From: a virus
Taxonomy: Duplodnaviria; Caudoviricetes
Reading direction: 5' to 3' (one strand)
DNA: 64,000 bases
Virus record (IMG/VR): IMGVR_UViG_3300010352_001202
In this document: in pieces, positions 28,876 to 38,600 of the stretch
Position numbering within the stretch: the stretch's first letter is position 1
How the letters are laid out: the number at the start of each line of letters is the position of its first letter
Program-made: the position numbers and the translations under genes
The notes under the pieces: model-generated
What the model saw: the letters and a program-made list of their open reading frames with translations, nothing else
What the model was told of the DNA's origin: nothing
Databases searched by the model: none

Positions 28876-29522
28876 AAGTCCAAGTCCGCAAGTGCCGCTT
28901 CACAGGTAAAATCTTCGAGGAGAAAGACCTCAAGAAGTATGCCCTTCACCTGAAGAAGCTGCGGATCGAGATGAAAGAAAAGCGCGAGGAAGATCGCGTA
29001 AAGAAAGATTGGATAAAGTGGCTCAAGGCTGAACGCAAGCGCATCAAAACAATAGATGAAATTGTTCCCTGGTTCCTTGCCAATCAAAAGAGAATCATGT
29101 ATGCTGCGAATGCAATGGGGCATCGTTTCAGTTCGGATAAGTTTTATCCGGAAACTGATAGCTTTACCAAAATGGTCCTTGGCGTAAGATATAATCCGCT
29201 TGCATCTAACTCGCATCGGTGTCCCGATAACGGCATAACTAATTGGTGTGGTAAGAATCCTAATCCTAGTGATCCCACATCCTATAAAGGGTGGACTGGA
29301 AACATTGCAGGTACGCTAACACGCGCCAAGAAGAATAACTATTCATATCCCTACGGCGAAGCACTAAAGATTGTCGGGCTGAAAACGGGATCCGGTGGCG
29401 GCGGTAACGAAAATTGGAACTATGGTGTAACTATCTTCCTTGATGATTGGCCTGGTCTGAAGCATGAGATTGATTTGACGGAACAAGAGTTAGTTGTTAA
29501 GAAACTGAAGGGCATAGCATGA
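28872..29522 (+). CDS. hypothetical phage protein
   Basis: CRFTGKIF...TGSGGGG...FLDDWP. Confidence 0.7.
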   Translation: MKVQVRKCRFTGKIFEEKDLKKYALHLKKLRIEMKEKREEDRVKKDWIKWLKAERKRIKTIDEIVPWFLANQKRIMYAANAMGHRFSSDKFYPETDSFTKMVLGVRYNPLASNSHRCPDNGITNWCGKNPNPSDPTSYKGWTGNIAGTLTRAKKNNYSYPYGEALKIVGLKTGSGGGGNENWNYGVTIFLDDWPGLKHEIDLTEQELVVKKLKGIA

Positions 29523-29785
29523 ATGCGCGGATGAAAGAACTCTTGGCTCAATCCAGACTCTTTTGCTATAATGATGGCACAGTGAGCTTGTTGGGCGAAT
29601 CCTATGCAGGACAACCCGAAATTGAAAAGTTTGCCGAGTTGATTATTCAAGAGTGTATGCAGTGTTGCACCAAAGTGGAAGAAGACAGGGAACTGTCGGA
29701 CTACCAAGGCGGTTTCAGAGATGGTGCATTGCTGTGTCGTGAAGAGATTAAGTCACACTTTGGAGTCAAAGATGAGCCCAGGTAA
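29519..29785 (+). CDS. hypothetical phage protein
   Basis: EKFAELIIQEC...IKSHFGV. Confidence 0.65.
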   Translation: MNARMKELLAQSRLFCYNDGTVSLLGESYAGQPEIEKFAELIIQECMQCCTKVEEDRELSDYQGGFRDGALLCREEIKSHFGVKDEPR

Positions 29786-30023
29786 GAAGAAAGATGTAGC
29801 ATTGGCATGTTATGCCATTGTGAGTGGAATGTTTGCTATGATGCATAATCCACGATACTGCGGCCCTAACTTCAGATGGGATGAGTTCGCCGAGTCAATG
29901 GGAGAACGATGTGAGGTAGATATCTTCATCTATGTTTATCCCTGCACCGAAGAAATGAAGAAGTACGCAAAGCAATGCGGTTCGGAAATTGCAGAGCGCC
30001 TTGTTGCACGCATGAAGGAATAA
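29772..30023 (+). CDS. hypothetical protein
   Basis: GGAG SD. Confidence 0.55.
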   Translation: MSPGKKKDVALACYAIVSGMFAMMHNPRYCGPNFRWDEFAESMGERCEVDIFIYVYPCTEEMKKYAKQCGSEIAERLVARMKE

Positions 30024-30024
30024 C

Positions 30025-30351
30025 ATGAGCATCGAAAGTCAATTCGGATTCATCGGTTGGTGTAATGATCCCAAAGAGAATCACGATAAGATTTGGGGCT
30101 ATTTCTACAGACCTACGCCCGAAGGGCAATGGCACAAAAACTGCTGCATCTTCTGGGCACGACGTGGCAAAGCCATGCAATTTAAGGCGGATATTGCTAG
30201 TTACGAGCTTACGGAAAAGCTCGTAAGAAGTAAGCTCAAGAAGGGCTATGTCAAAATCAGCCAGGCCCGTTTGTTTGAGATTTGGCCCACCTTCGTTGAA
30301 GAGGCCGAAGCCAAACTGATGTGGGAAGTTCTTGCAGGAACAATCAAATGA
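30025..30351 (+). CDS. WGR-like small protein
   Basis: DKIWGYF...FWARRGK...KLKKGY. Confidence 0.65.
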   Translation: MSIESQFGFIGWCNDPKENHDKIWGYFYRPTPEGQWHKNCCIFWARRGKAMQFKADIASYELTEKLVRSKLKKGYVKISQARLFEIWPTFVEEAEAKLMWEVLAGTIK

Positions 30352-30635
30352 CCAAGATGCAAGTACAAGCTATGCCTTGGAAAATGACTCCTGCGGATTT
30401 CCACAAGAAGCTCAGGAATTTTGGGCTAAATAATACTAACCATATGGAAAGACTTAAGATATTTCCATCGGTTCGTATCTCAAAAGATCACAGAGATGCT
30501 GCATACACATGGTGTCAGCAGAATCTCCGTCACAAATGGATTTGGTCCGACCCCACTCAGACCGACTACACTGACATCTACTTTAAGCAGGAAGCAGATG
30601 CAATTGTTTTCAAACTCACATTTGATACCATTTGA
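30348..30635 (+). CDS. small protein, C-terminal DAxxFKL family
   Basis: YFKQEADAIVFKLTF. Confidence 0.6.
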   Translation: MTKMQVQAMPWKMTPADFHKKLRNFGLNNTNHMERLKIFPSVRISKDHRDAAYTWCQQNLRHKWIWSDPTQTDYTDIYFKQEADAIVFKLTFDTI

Positions 30636-30701
30636 CGCAGCCTGCTAGTCGCTACATAATACATATACACAAACTTTAACCCCAACTGGAGAAAATACAA
30701 A

Positions 30702-31796
30702 ATGGCAAGTCTTGACACCCACCGCGTTGAACGCCCCCGTGATGTCCGTACCCTTCTGATGCGCTGCTTCAAGGTCGGTCGTCCTGCAATGATCTGGGGC
30801 CCGCCCGGTATTGGCAAGTCGGAACTGATCGCCGAAATCGGCGCAGAAACCGGCCGCCCCGTGATCGACATGCGTCTGCTCCTGCTCGAGCCGACTGACA
30901 TCAAGGGCATTCCGTATTACGACCCCGACACCCGGACGATGAAGTGGGCACAGCCTGCCGATCTGCCGACCGAAGGTGCGATGGCCAACGCTATCCTGTT
31001 CCTGGACGAAATCAACGCTGCCCCTCCGAGCGTTCAGGCTGCGGCTTACCAGCTGATCCTGAATCGTCGCGTTGGCGAGTACCACCTGCCGAAGGGTGTG
31101 TCGATGGTTTGCGCAGGCAACCGCGATAGCGACAAGGGTGTTACCTACCGTATGCCCAGCCCGCTGGCAAACCGTCTGGTTCACATCGAGATGGCGTCGA
31201 ACTTCGAAGACTGGCAGAAGTGGGCGATCGGCGCCCGCGTGCATGCTGATGTGGTTGGCTTCTTGTCGCACCACAAGCAGAAGTTGTTCAACTTCGACCC
31301 GAAGAGCCCGGACAAGGCGTTTGCTACTCCGCGTTCGTGGGTGTTCGTTGGTCAGCTGATCACGGACGATCTGCCCGAGTCGATGAACACGGCGCTGGTG
31401 GCTGGTACGGTTGGCGACGGTCTGGCAACGGAATTCAGCGCACACCGCAAGGTTGCTGCTCGTATGCCGAAGTCGGAAGATGTGCTGATGGGCAAGGAAA
31501 AGCAGCTGAATGTCAAGGATCTGAGCGCGATGTACTCGCTGACGATCTCCATGTGCTACACGCTCCAGGAATGGACCACCAAGGCCAAGGCCAAGGAAGA
31601 TGGGTTCGATATGAACACCTGGCACGAGTGCGTGGATCACTTCTTCACCTTCATGATGGACAACTTCCAAACGGAAATGATCGTCCTGGGTGCGAAGACT
31701 GCGCTGCGCGACTACGCTCTGCCGATCAACCATCGTCAGCTCAAGACCTTCAAGGGCTTCCACGACAAGTACGGCAAGTACATCCTGGAAGACTGA
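30702..31796 (+). CDS. MoxR-like AAA+ ATPase
   Basis: GPPGIGKS, FLDEINAA, AGNR, PLANR, TPRSW. Confidence 0.9.
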   Translation: MASLDTHRVERPRDVRTLLMRCFKVGRPAMIWGPPGIGKSELIAEIGAETGRPVIDMRLLLLEPTDIKGIPYYDPDTRTMKWAQPADLPTEGAMANAILFLDEINAAPPSVQAAAYQLILNRRVGEYHLPKGVSMVCAGNRDSDKGVTYRMPSPLANRLVHIEMASNFEDWQKWAIGARVHADVVGFLSHHKQKLFNFDPKSPDKAFATPRSWVFVGQLITDDLPESMNTALVAGTVGDGLATEFSAHRKVAARMPKSEDVLMGKEKQLNVKDLSAMYSLTISMCYTLQEWTTKAKAKEDGFDMNTWHECVDHFFTFMMDNFQTEMIVLGAKTALRDYALPINHRQLKTFKGFHDKYGKYILED

Positions 31797-31808
31797 TAGG
31801 AAGGCTTT

Positions 31809-32051
31809 GTGGCAAGATACACTCTAAGAACATACTGTGGTGGTAAGCAGCTAGAACGCTTCGACCACAGGACACCTGAGAGGCTACAAAGCATCCTTGA
31901 GCATCCAAGACACCATCGGGCCGGGACAACCGGACCCTTTGGTGAGGATGAGAAGCACGCAGATAAGTTTGAAATCATCGATTCACACCAGGAGAAGTTA
32001 TTCCTTGGTAATATCGATGATGCAATAAGATTTGCCAAGGGTCTGAAATGA
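31809..32051 (+). CDS. hypothetical protein
   Basis: GTG start after AGGAAGG. Confidence 0.55.
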   Translation: MARYTLRTYCGGKQLERFDHRTPERLQSILEHPRHHRAGTTGPFGEDEKHADKFEIIDSHQEKLFLGNIDDAIRFAKGLK

Positions 32052-32233
32052 GAGCGTACGAATATAAACTTGTCGACGGCAGTCTTGACACTGTCGAAAA
32101 GATTGTGAATCAACTTGCCCAGGATGGGTGGGCTCTTGCCGCCCCCATTCAAGTAAGGGCAACATCAACTGGTGCTTATTACACACAGGCAATGACTAGG
32201 CCCAAAGAATATAGCAGGCCGGCAAATAAATAA
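32048..32233 (+). CDS. small protein (VNQLAQDGW type)
   Basis: YKLV...VNQLAQDGW...YTQAM. Confidence 0.6.
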   Translation: MRAYEYKLVDGSLDTVEKIVNQLAQDGWALAAPIQVRATSTGAYYTQAMTRPKEYSRPANK

Positions 32234-32262
32234 TAAGGCTACATTGGTTGGGGAACCACTTC

Positions 32263-32288
32263 GAAGGGGCTTTTGCCCCTTCCTTTTT
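32263..32288 (+). terminator. intrinsic terminator
   Basis: GAAGGGGC-TTTT-GCCCCTTC followed by a T run. Confidence 0.8.
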
Positions 32289-32335
32289 ATCCTACAACCT
32301 TTGACACTCCGTAAAGGACATAATATAATATGAGC

Positions 32336-32530
32336 ATGAACTCGCAAGACGACCAGGACAAGGTAGCGCAAATCCTTGCACACGGATACTACACTGGTGG
32401 TAGCTGCCGTGGAAAAGGTATTGCACAGGAAGACCATACCTGCCCGTATGCCGAAGATATCAACGACGATCACACCACGCTATGTAATTGCTGCGAAGTT
32501 TGTCAGCATGAATGCGCAATGGACATTTAA
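32336..32530 (+). CDS. small Cys-rich protein
   Basis: HTCPYAEDI...CNCCEVCQHECAMDI; TTGACA-17-TATAAT 6 nt before the ATG. Confidence 0.7.
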   Translation: MNSQDDQDKVAQILAHGYYTGGSCRGKGIAQEDHTCPYAEDINDDHTTLCNCCEVCQHECAMDI

Positions 32531-32542
32531 CCAGGAACCAAA

Positions 32543-33751
32543 ATGGCAACAAAGATTGAATACACGCATGAAAAGATCCTCGAGCAAATCACCCGTGCTC
32601 GCATCTCGCTGCTGCTGCAACAGCCCTTCTGGGGAACCTTGGCAACTCGCCTGATTCTGAAGGATGCTACGGACGACGACTGGTGTCCCACTGCTGCTAC
32701 TGACGGGCGTTACTTCTACTACAACCGCAACTTTATCGGCAAGCTGACGAAGGCCGAGACCATCTTCCTTGTTGCGCACGAAGTCGAACACTGCGTTTAC
32801 GACCACATGGGTCGTCGCGGTAGTCGCAAGCCCAAGATGTGGAATGCTGCTGCTGACTTCGTTATCAACTACGAACTGCACGAGCACAACATCGGCAAGC
32901 TGCCGGATGCGAAGACTTCCGGTGTGCAGGCTTGCTTCGACGCAAAGTACAAGGGTATGTTTGCGGAAGAAGTCTACGAACTGCTGCTCAAGGATCCGAA
33001 TGCCAACTGGCCCGAGTTCGATGTTCACTTGGAGCCGGGCGATGGCAAGGGCGAGCCGATGACTGAAGAAGAGCGTCGTGTGCTGTCGGATGAGATCCGT
33101 GCTGCCGTGATGCAGGCTGCGAAGGCTGCCGGTGCTGGTAACACCCCTGCTGGTGTGAAGCGCATGCTGAAGGACTTGACTGATCCGCAGATGGATTGGC
33201 GTGAGATCCTCAACATGAAGATCCAATCGATGATCAAGAATGACTTCACTTGGCAGCGTTGCTCGCGCAAGACTCAAGCCTACGGCATCTATTTGCCGGG
33301 TACGAAGGAAGACGTGCGCGTAGAAGCTGCGGTGTCGATTGACTGCTCCGGTTCTATGTCCGAAGACATGCTGCGCGATTTGCTCAGCGAAGTTAAGGGC
33401 ATCATGGAACAGTTTGTTGACTTCAAGCTTCGCGTGTGGTGCTTTGACACGCGAGTCTACAACGAGCAGATGTTCACGCCGGAAAACCTTGATGAAATCG
33501 ACGAGTACGATATCAAGGGTGGCGGTGGCACCGACTTCATGTGCAACTGGGAATACATGAAGGAAAACGACATCCAGCCGGAACGCTTCATCATGATGAC
33601 TGACGGTTACCCGTGCGGTAGCTGGGGTGATGAAAACTGGTGCGATACGTTGTTCCTGATTCACGGTGACAGTGCGCATCGTTTGGTTGCCCCGTTTGGT
33701 ATGACTGCTTGGTACGAGCCGGACCGTCACAGCCCGCAAAACAAGAAGTAA
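32543..33751 (+). CDS. metallopeptidase-vWA protein (MoxR partner, DUF2201-like)
   Basis: TAATDG, AHEVEH (HExxH), MIDAS DCSGS, GGGGTDF, TDG. Confidence 0.9.
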   Translation: MATKIEYTHEKILEQITRARISLLLQQPFWGTLATRLILKDATDDDWCPTAATDGRYFYYNRNFIGKLTKAETIFLVAHEVEHCVYDHMGRRGSRKPKMWNAAADFVINYELHEHNIGKLPDAKTSGVQACFDAKYKGMFAEEVYELLLKDPNANWPEFDVHLEPGDGKGEPMTEEERRVLSDEIRAAVMQAAKAAGAGNTPAGVKRMLKDLTDPQMDWREILNMKIQSMIKNDFTWQRCSRKTQAYGIYLPGTKEDVRVEAAVSIDCSGSMSEDMLRDLLSEVKGIMEQFVDFKLRVWCFDTRVYNEQMFTPENLDEIDEYDIKGGGGTDFMCNWEYMKENDIQPERFIMMTDGYPCGSWGDENWCDTLFLIHGDSAHRLVAPFGMTAWYEPDRHSPQNKK

Positions 33752-33763
33752 GGAGAAAGAAAC

Positions 33764-33937
33764 ATGTGGAAAGTATTGTTTGTACTGTTGGTGCTTGTGT
33801 TGATCTGGATGTTCAGCAAAGATGCGCCGCCAGCCGCACCTTCTCAACAAGGTGTGGCTAAGGTAGTTCCCACTGAGGCACCTAGCGTCATTGACAATAT
33901 GGCGGCCTGGATGCGTGAGAATACCCCAAAGAAGTAA
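33764..33937 (+). CDS. small membrane protein, not in ORF track
   Basis: AAGGAG SD; MWKVLFVLLVLVLIWMF. Confidence 0.6.
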   Translation: MWKVLFVLLVLVLIWMFSKDAPPAAPSQQGVAKVVPTEAPSVIDNMAAWMRENTPKK

Positions 33938-33940
33938 TAC

Positions 33941-34222
33941 ATGATTCCGTACTTACTTCCCAACGACGACGCATTCGTTAACGATGTTGCTCGCGCTATT
34001 GCCCGTGATAGGCTTATGCGCGATGCAACTGAAGCACTCGAAGCAATGACTGGACTTTCAATCCAGGAAACAGAAGCCATCACATTGTCGTTCGACCGTG
34101 TGTTTGAACGACTCTGGGCAGGGTGCGATGAAGTCGATATGCGTCAGAAAGCATCCTATGCAGCTGATGCTTTAGCCGCCATCAATGCCATAAACCTAAA
34201 GTTGCTCACGGCTCAGACATAA
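33941..34222 (+). CDS. hypothetical protein
   Basis: Packed ORF. Confidence 0.6.
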   Translation: MIPYLLPNDDAFVNDVARAIARDRLMRDATEALEAMTGLSIQETEAITLSFDRVFERLWAGCDEVDMRQKASYAADALAAINAINLKLLTAQT

Positions 34223-34250
34223 AGAGGATAAATACATCAAAGGTATTTTG

Positions 34251-34550
34251 ATGTACACATCTTCTATATATTTGCATTTCATAGCCACTCCGAATAATAA
34301 GAATGTCATAAAGATGTTCTTTGAGGATTGGGCCGATAGGATAGGTAACAACCAAGTTAAATATTCTATCGTTGCAGGTGACGGTGGGGGACGCACCTCA
34401 TGGAATGATATCATTCGCGTTGATTTCGTGAATGAGGAAGATGCAACAATGATGAGACTTCGTGGAGTACCCGAAGAATTTCAAAAATACCTAAAATTTG
34501 CTGATTGGTTTACGTCTGTTGACGACGCAACACTACATCAAGTAAACTAA
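34251..34550 (+). CDS. small protein, DAxxFKL family-like (late)
   Basis: FVNEEDATMMRLRG; GATAAATA upstream. Confidence 0.55.
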   Translation: MYTSSIYLHFIATPNNKNVIKMFFEDWADRIGNNQVKYSIVAGDGGGRTSWNDIIRVDFVNEEDATMMRLRGVPEEFQKYLKFADWFTSVDDATLHQVN

Positions 34551-34595
34551 GCACTAGATCCACCTGGATCTGACTAACCCCTAAATTGGTGACTT

Positions 34596-35177
34596 ATGGA
34601 TACCTTACTTCTTAACGCTGACGGAACGCCTCTTTCCCATGTACCACTCTCTGTGGTATCGTGGACAGTAGCCATGCGTCTAATGTTCCTTGGTAAGGTC
34701 AGGGTCCTGAAAGAGTACGATAACTGGACCGTAAGGTCGCAGCATTTGGAAATGAAGGTCCCCTCCATTGTCATCATGACCGAGCAGGTAAAGTGGAACA
34801 AGCATCTGAAATACAGCCGGGCGAATGTATACCTGCGCGATGATTTCACTTGCCAGCTTCAAATTACCGGTCGCTGCAAAGACGCAAAGGGCAAAGTCAA
34901 GCACACAGATCTTACATTGGACCACGTTGTTCCGCGCTCTTTAGGCGGCAAAACCAACTGGCTCAATGTGTGTACGTCGTGTAAAGCATGCAACAGCGAC
35001 AAGGGCGCAGATGAGACAATTGTGCCGAAAAAGAAGCCGCACAGACCTTCTTACTACGAAATCTTGGCTAAGAGAAAGACTCTCCCGATTCACATCCGTG
35101 ATGAGGAATGGAAGTTCTACATCGATTGGCCAGAGCACCTGGTAAGGGTGTCACCGCAGCCAACAGGACACGGCTAA
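34596..35177 (+). CDS. HNH endonuclease (McrA-like)
   Basis: RDDFTCQ, TLDHVVPRSLGG, CKACNSDKG. Confidence 0.9.
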   Translation: MDTLLLNADGTPLSHVPLSVVSWTVAMRLMFLGKVRVLKEYDNWTVRSQHLEMKVPSIVIMTEQVKWNKHLKYSRANVYLRDDFTCQLQITGRCKDAKGKVKHTDLTLDHVVPRSLGGKTNWLNVCTSCKACNSDKGADETIVPKKKPHRPSYYEILAKRKTLPIHIRDEEWKFYIDWPEHLVRVSPQPTGHG

Positions 35178-35195
35178 GAAGCCAAATCCAGAAAC

Positions 35196-35220
35196 AAGGG
35201 CCCTTCGGGGCCCTTTCTCT
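35196..35220 (+). terminator. intrinsic terminator
   Basis: AAGGGCCC-TTCG-GGGCCCTT. Confidence 0.8.
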
Positions 35221-35338
35221 ATGTGTTTAATGGTAAAAATCTGCCGAAATGTTCACAATAATCAGAATTTATTGAACGACAAACGATAAATAAAACGGTA
35301 GATAAAATTAACCCTACACCATTAAACGGAGAACAAAA

Positions 35339-35635
35339 ATGGCAAAAGCACAAAAGAAGACCACAGCACCTGAAGCAGAAACTGTAACAGCAGCACCAGA
35401 AGCTGAAGCGCAAACAACCACAAGCCTTGAGCCTGTTCAGCTTACAATTGCTGACCTCCAACTCCTAGCTCGTATCGTTGATCTTGCATCGCGTCGTGGA
35501 GCTTTCCAGGCTGCTGAACTTACACAAGTCGGCGAAGCCTACAACAAGGTTGCTAGTTTCCTAGCGTATGTCGAAAGCGTACAAAAGAAGGATGAACCAG
35601 CAACAGCCGAAACTGCAGAAACACCTGCTGCCTAA
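35339..35635 (+). CDS. hypothetical phage protein (late)
   Basis: LTIADL...IVDLASRRGAF; GATAAATA and GGAG upstream; UUCG hairpin after the stop. Confidence 0.75.
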   Translation: MAKAQKKTTAPEAETVTAAPEAEAQTTTSLEPVQLTIADLQLLARIVDLASRRGAFQAAELTQVGEAYNKVASFLAYVESVQKKDEPATAETAETPAA

Positions 35636-35668
35636 TTGATAGGGGCTTCGGCCCCTAAAGGAGACATT

Positions 35669-36454
35669 ATGGCAATAGAAGGCCTAAAAAAGCACGCCGG
35701 TCAGCTTTCAAATACCGGAGTTCGTGTTGCTGTAGTATTCAGAAAGCTTCCTAACGATGAGAGCCATTGCCTTATTGTTGAAACAGAACGCTTGCCTGAC
35801 AGCTATCACGACTATGTTATTCAATGTTTGAATAGCAGAGAAGCATTCGAGACTAATGATTTTTATGAAGTATTGAATCGCAGGACATTTCCCGACGGCT
35901 TGAATTGCCTAACAGCACTTCATCAGCGCGGATATTTGCGTAAGGAGCCTGTAACTAACATTACAATGCTTCCACTTCCTAATCAGCCTGTACCGCTTGC
36001 TCTCATCAATGCAACTATTGACAAGAAGGTTGATCAGTATGTTGCTAGCCAACAACAACAGAAAGAGATTCCTGTTGATACTAGGACACCCGAGGAAAAG
36101 CTAGCAGCGGCAGAAGCATTAGCAGCAAGAATGCAGGGTAAGATTCCTGTGGAAGATCCTGCTGCAATTGTAGCTAGAGCTAAGGCACTGATTGCGTTAG
36201 CAGATCAGCTGGAAGATGATGCAGACAGTAAACGAGAAGAAGCCTATGCACTAGCACCTGAACTAAAGCCTAGCAGAGGTAGACCTCCTACACCTGAAGA
36301 GCTTGTTGAGCAGAAGATGGAAGAGCGTAAGGCCAAGCGTCGTGAACGCGATCAGCGCAAGGCAGCAGAAGCTAAAGTTGAAAAGAAAGAGGCAGCATTA
36401 GATGCCAAAGTAGCAGCAAAGATGAAAAGAGATGCTGCCAGGGCCAGTCAGTGA
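35669..36454 (+). CDS. hypothetical protein with GRP motif and basic tail
   Basis: AAGGAG SD; SRGRPP. Confidence 0.75.
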   Translation: MAIEGLKKHAGQLSNTGVRVAVVFRKLPNDESHCLIVETERLPDSYHDYVIQCLNSREAFETNDFYEVLNRRTFPDGLNCLTALHQRGYLRKEPVTNITMLPLPNQPVPLALINATIDKKVDQYVASQQQQKEIPVDTRTPEEKLAAAEALAARMQGKIPVEDPAAIVARAKALIALADQLEDDADSKREEAYALAPELKPSRGRPPTPEELVEQKMEERKAKRRERDQRKAAEAKVEKKEAALDAKVAAKMKRDAARASQ

Positions 36455-36514
36455 ATCCCGTAATATGGCAGGTTTATAGCTTGCCATATTCTTATAAATA
36501 ATAGGAGTCGGGAG

Positions 36515-36859
36515 ATGCGCAGAATGGCAAAGAAAACAACAACAAGCTTCAATATAGATAAAGCTATTAGTCGAATTGCGAAACCATCAGTCTTTGATCG
36601 TATCGTTAAGGAAATTGAAGCTAAGGAAATACCAGCTAAGTATATTGAACAAATCCTTGTTCAGTATTATGATGGTAATATTGTTGAACTAAGCGGTAAT
36701 GAATTAACACATCCTATCCCAGTAAACAGAAATGCAAGCTGGGCAGTAATGGAAGATTCATTTAAGAAAATGAGAGATGTTAAAATCTTTATCAACACTG
36801 ATAGACTTGAAAAGGATATTAACGAAGAAGTTGAAAAACTACTCGGTAATTATTGCTAA
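36515..36859 (+). CDS. hypothetical protein (late)
   Basis: TATAAATA upstream. Confidence 0.7.
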   Translation: MRRMAKKTTTSFNIDKAISRIAKPSVFDRIVKEIEAKEIPAKYIEQILVQYYDGNIVELSGNELTHPIPVNRNASWAVMEDSFKKMRDVKIFINTDRLEKDINEEVEKLLGNYC

Positions 36860-37914
36860 GAATTAAATTTCTTTTCTAGCCAACTAAAATCATTAATCAA
36901 CCCGAGCATATCGGGTTGATCCTTATGTGCAACGCCAAAGGCGCGCCCTTCGTTCGCACCCATAACAGCAAAATCCCCAAACTCCCTGTCTTCACCTAGT
37001 GTACACCAAGCGTGCAATCTTTGTTCGGTTTCGGTATTATCTTGGTTGTGGATTAGCTTGGAAGATAACTTCACGCATTCCCTAAACGCACTTCTCCAAG
37101 CCGAGAACGGATCTGTATTGAATTGGGTAATATTACTTACTTCGGGAATAACCTTAAAGCTCTTGGATACTGATGTAGTGAAATCAACTGGAGAACCTGT
37201 ATATTTTAGTAAAAGATCGGTAGGGAATAGCTTTATACCACCGTACCCATATTCTAAGTCATTTACAGGATTTTTAGAATGCCACACATGTACAGACAGC
37301 CTATCAAGCGACTCGGGCTGATAAGTAAAATCAAAGGTAGGCAGGATTACCGCGTCAGCATCAACAACGAAAAACATATCTGATTTGTTGTATGATGCAT
37401 ATTCGGCTGCGGCCTTGTGTGCTTCATAAATGCCTTTGATATTGTGCAGCCGTTTTGCTCTAGGGAATCTATCTTGCAGTGTTTGAAAGTTTCTGTCAGC
37501 ATACTCTTCATCGTAGCTAAGGAATATAATATCGAAGAGCGGATACTCAAATGCTGCAACAGGAATACTCTTCAATCTCACTGTGCCTGCGGCAAGTTCC
37601 TTATCGGAATATCTGCCGGGATCGGACAACACATTCTCTGTATTGAATAGTCGCAATGCAATATCGTTATTCCAGATATGCACATAATCCTTGTCTTTGC
37701 TTTCTGGTCTAAAAGAAAAATCAAACTCGGTAAATATTATTTCTTTATATGTCTTGATAACATAAAAGTATTCACCTACACAGCTTTTAGCTATATCCAA
37801 TAATACGGTATCTGTGAGTTCTTCTGCTTCTACTACTTCCGCAGAAGTATTGTTACAAATACGATTTACTACATATTCGTTGTATTGATTCTTTAGGATA
37901 TATACCTTTGCCAT
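36856..37914 (-). CDS. GT-A fold glycosyltransferase-like protein
   Basis: DIIFLSYDE, FFVVDAD (DxD), GYGGIKLFP; CTAAATA box upstream. Confidence 0.65.
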   Translation of the reverse strand: MAKVYILKNQYNEYVVNRICNNTSAEVVEAEELTDTVLLDIAKSCVGEYFYVIKTYKEIIFTEFDFSFRPESKDKDYVHIWNNDIALRLFNTENVLSDPGRYSDKELAAGTVRLKSIPVAAFEYPLFDIIFLSYDEEYADRNFQTLQDRFPRAKRLHNIKGIYEAHKAAAEYASYNKSDMFFVVDADAVILPTFDFTYQPESLDRLSVHVWHSKNPVNDLEYGYGGIKLFPTDLLLKYTGSPVDFTTSVSKSFKVIPEVSNITQFNTDPFSAWRSAFRECVKLSSKLIHNQDNTETEQRLHAWCTLGEDREFGDFAVMGANEGRAFGVAHKDQPDMLGLINDFSWLEKKFNS

Positions 37915-38005
37915 ACTGTTCCCATTATGTGCTACTATTTAGCATCCAGTGATTGACCACATCTGTTATTATATTGTAAACTCGCTACAAAGCCAAGGGG
38001 CGAAA

Positions 38006-38278
38006 ATGAAAGAATATGTTCTAGTTGAGTTCTTAGCCTCATTTGGAGAAGGCGGAATATTGCAGGCAAAGCTAGGCGCGCTCGGCGACGACTTTGTAAT
38101 GATCAAAGACGATTATGAATATGATGTTGAGGACGATAGCGGGCTAAACTGGATTCGTGTATCAGGTAAGATTAGCTCCATGTATGCATCGGTCATTAAG
38201 TTACAAGATCCGTTCCTGGCCGAGCGTATGCGTATATCCTACATTCCAGAAGACCTAAAAGATAAGTATCGAACATGA
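38006..38278 (+). CDS. small protein, DAxxFKL family-like
   Basis: SSMYASVIKLQ. Confidence 0.6.
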   Translation: MKEYVLVEFLASFGEGGILQAKLGALGDDFVMIKDDYEYDVEDDSGLNWIRVSGKISSMYASVIKLQDPFLAERMRISYIPEDLKDKYRT

Positions 38279-38583
38279 AGTTCTATGTACCGCACAGTGT
38301 CATTGATCATCTTGAAGAACAAGAATGCACTTGGCTGAATCCCGCTGATTTTAGCTTCCACAAAAGATGTATCAGAATGAATGACTGGGCAAGCGGTTGG
38401 ATATTTGAAGCAGACGATAGCTTCAATTCTTTCTTTACTATTATCACAGGTAAGCAACTACCTACAATCACCGACGAAGAATATCAGCAATTTGTCATGG
38501 ATAGAGTTGCCTTTCTTAGCAAGAAACGAGCCGAGGAGTTTCGCACTGCCTGGGTAGCGTTTCTTCCTAAGAGATCACCTTAA
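38275..38583 (+). CDS. hypothetical protein
   Basis: ATGA overlap. Confidence 0.6.
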   Translation: MKFYVPHSVIDHLEEQECTWLNPADFSFHKRCIRMNDWASGWIFEADDSFNSFFTIITGKQLPTITDEEYQQFVMDRVAFLSKKRAEEFRTAWVAFLPKRSP

Positions 38584-38600
38584 ATTAAGATAAATAGTTG

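Noticed and set aside
30645-33850. Long minus-strand ORFs (30645-31763, 32480-33850; also 21391-22065, 23550-24383, 26892-27521)
   Set aside because: Antisense shadows of GC3-biased genes, with no motifs, promoters or RBS.
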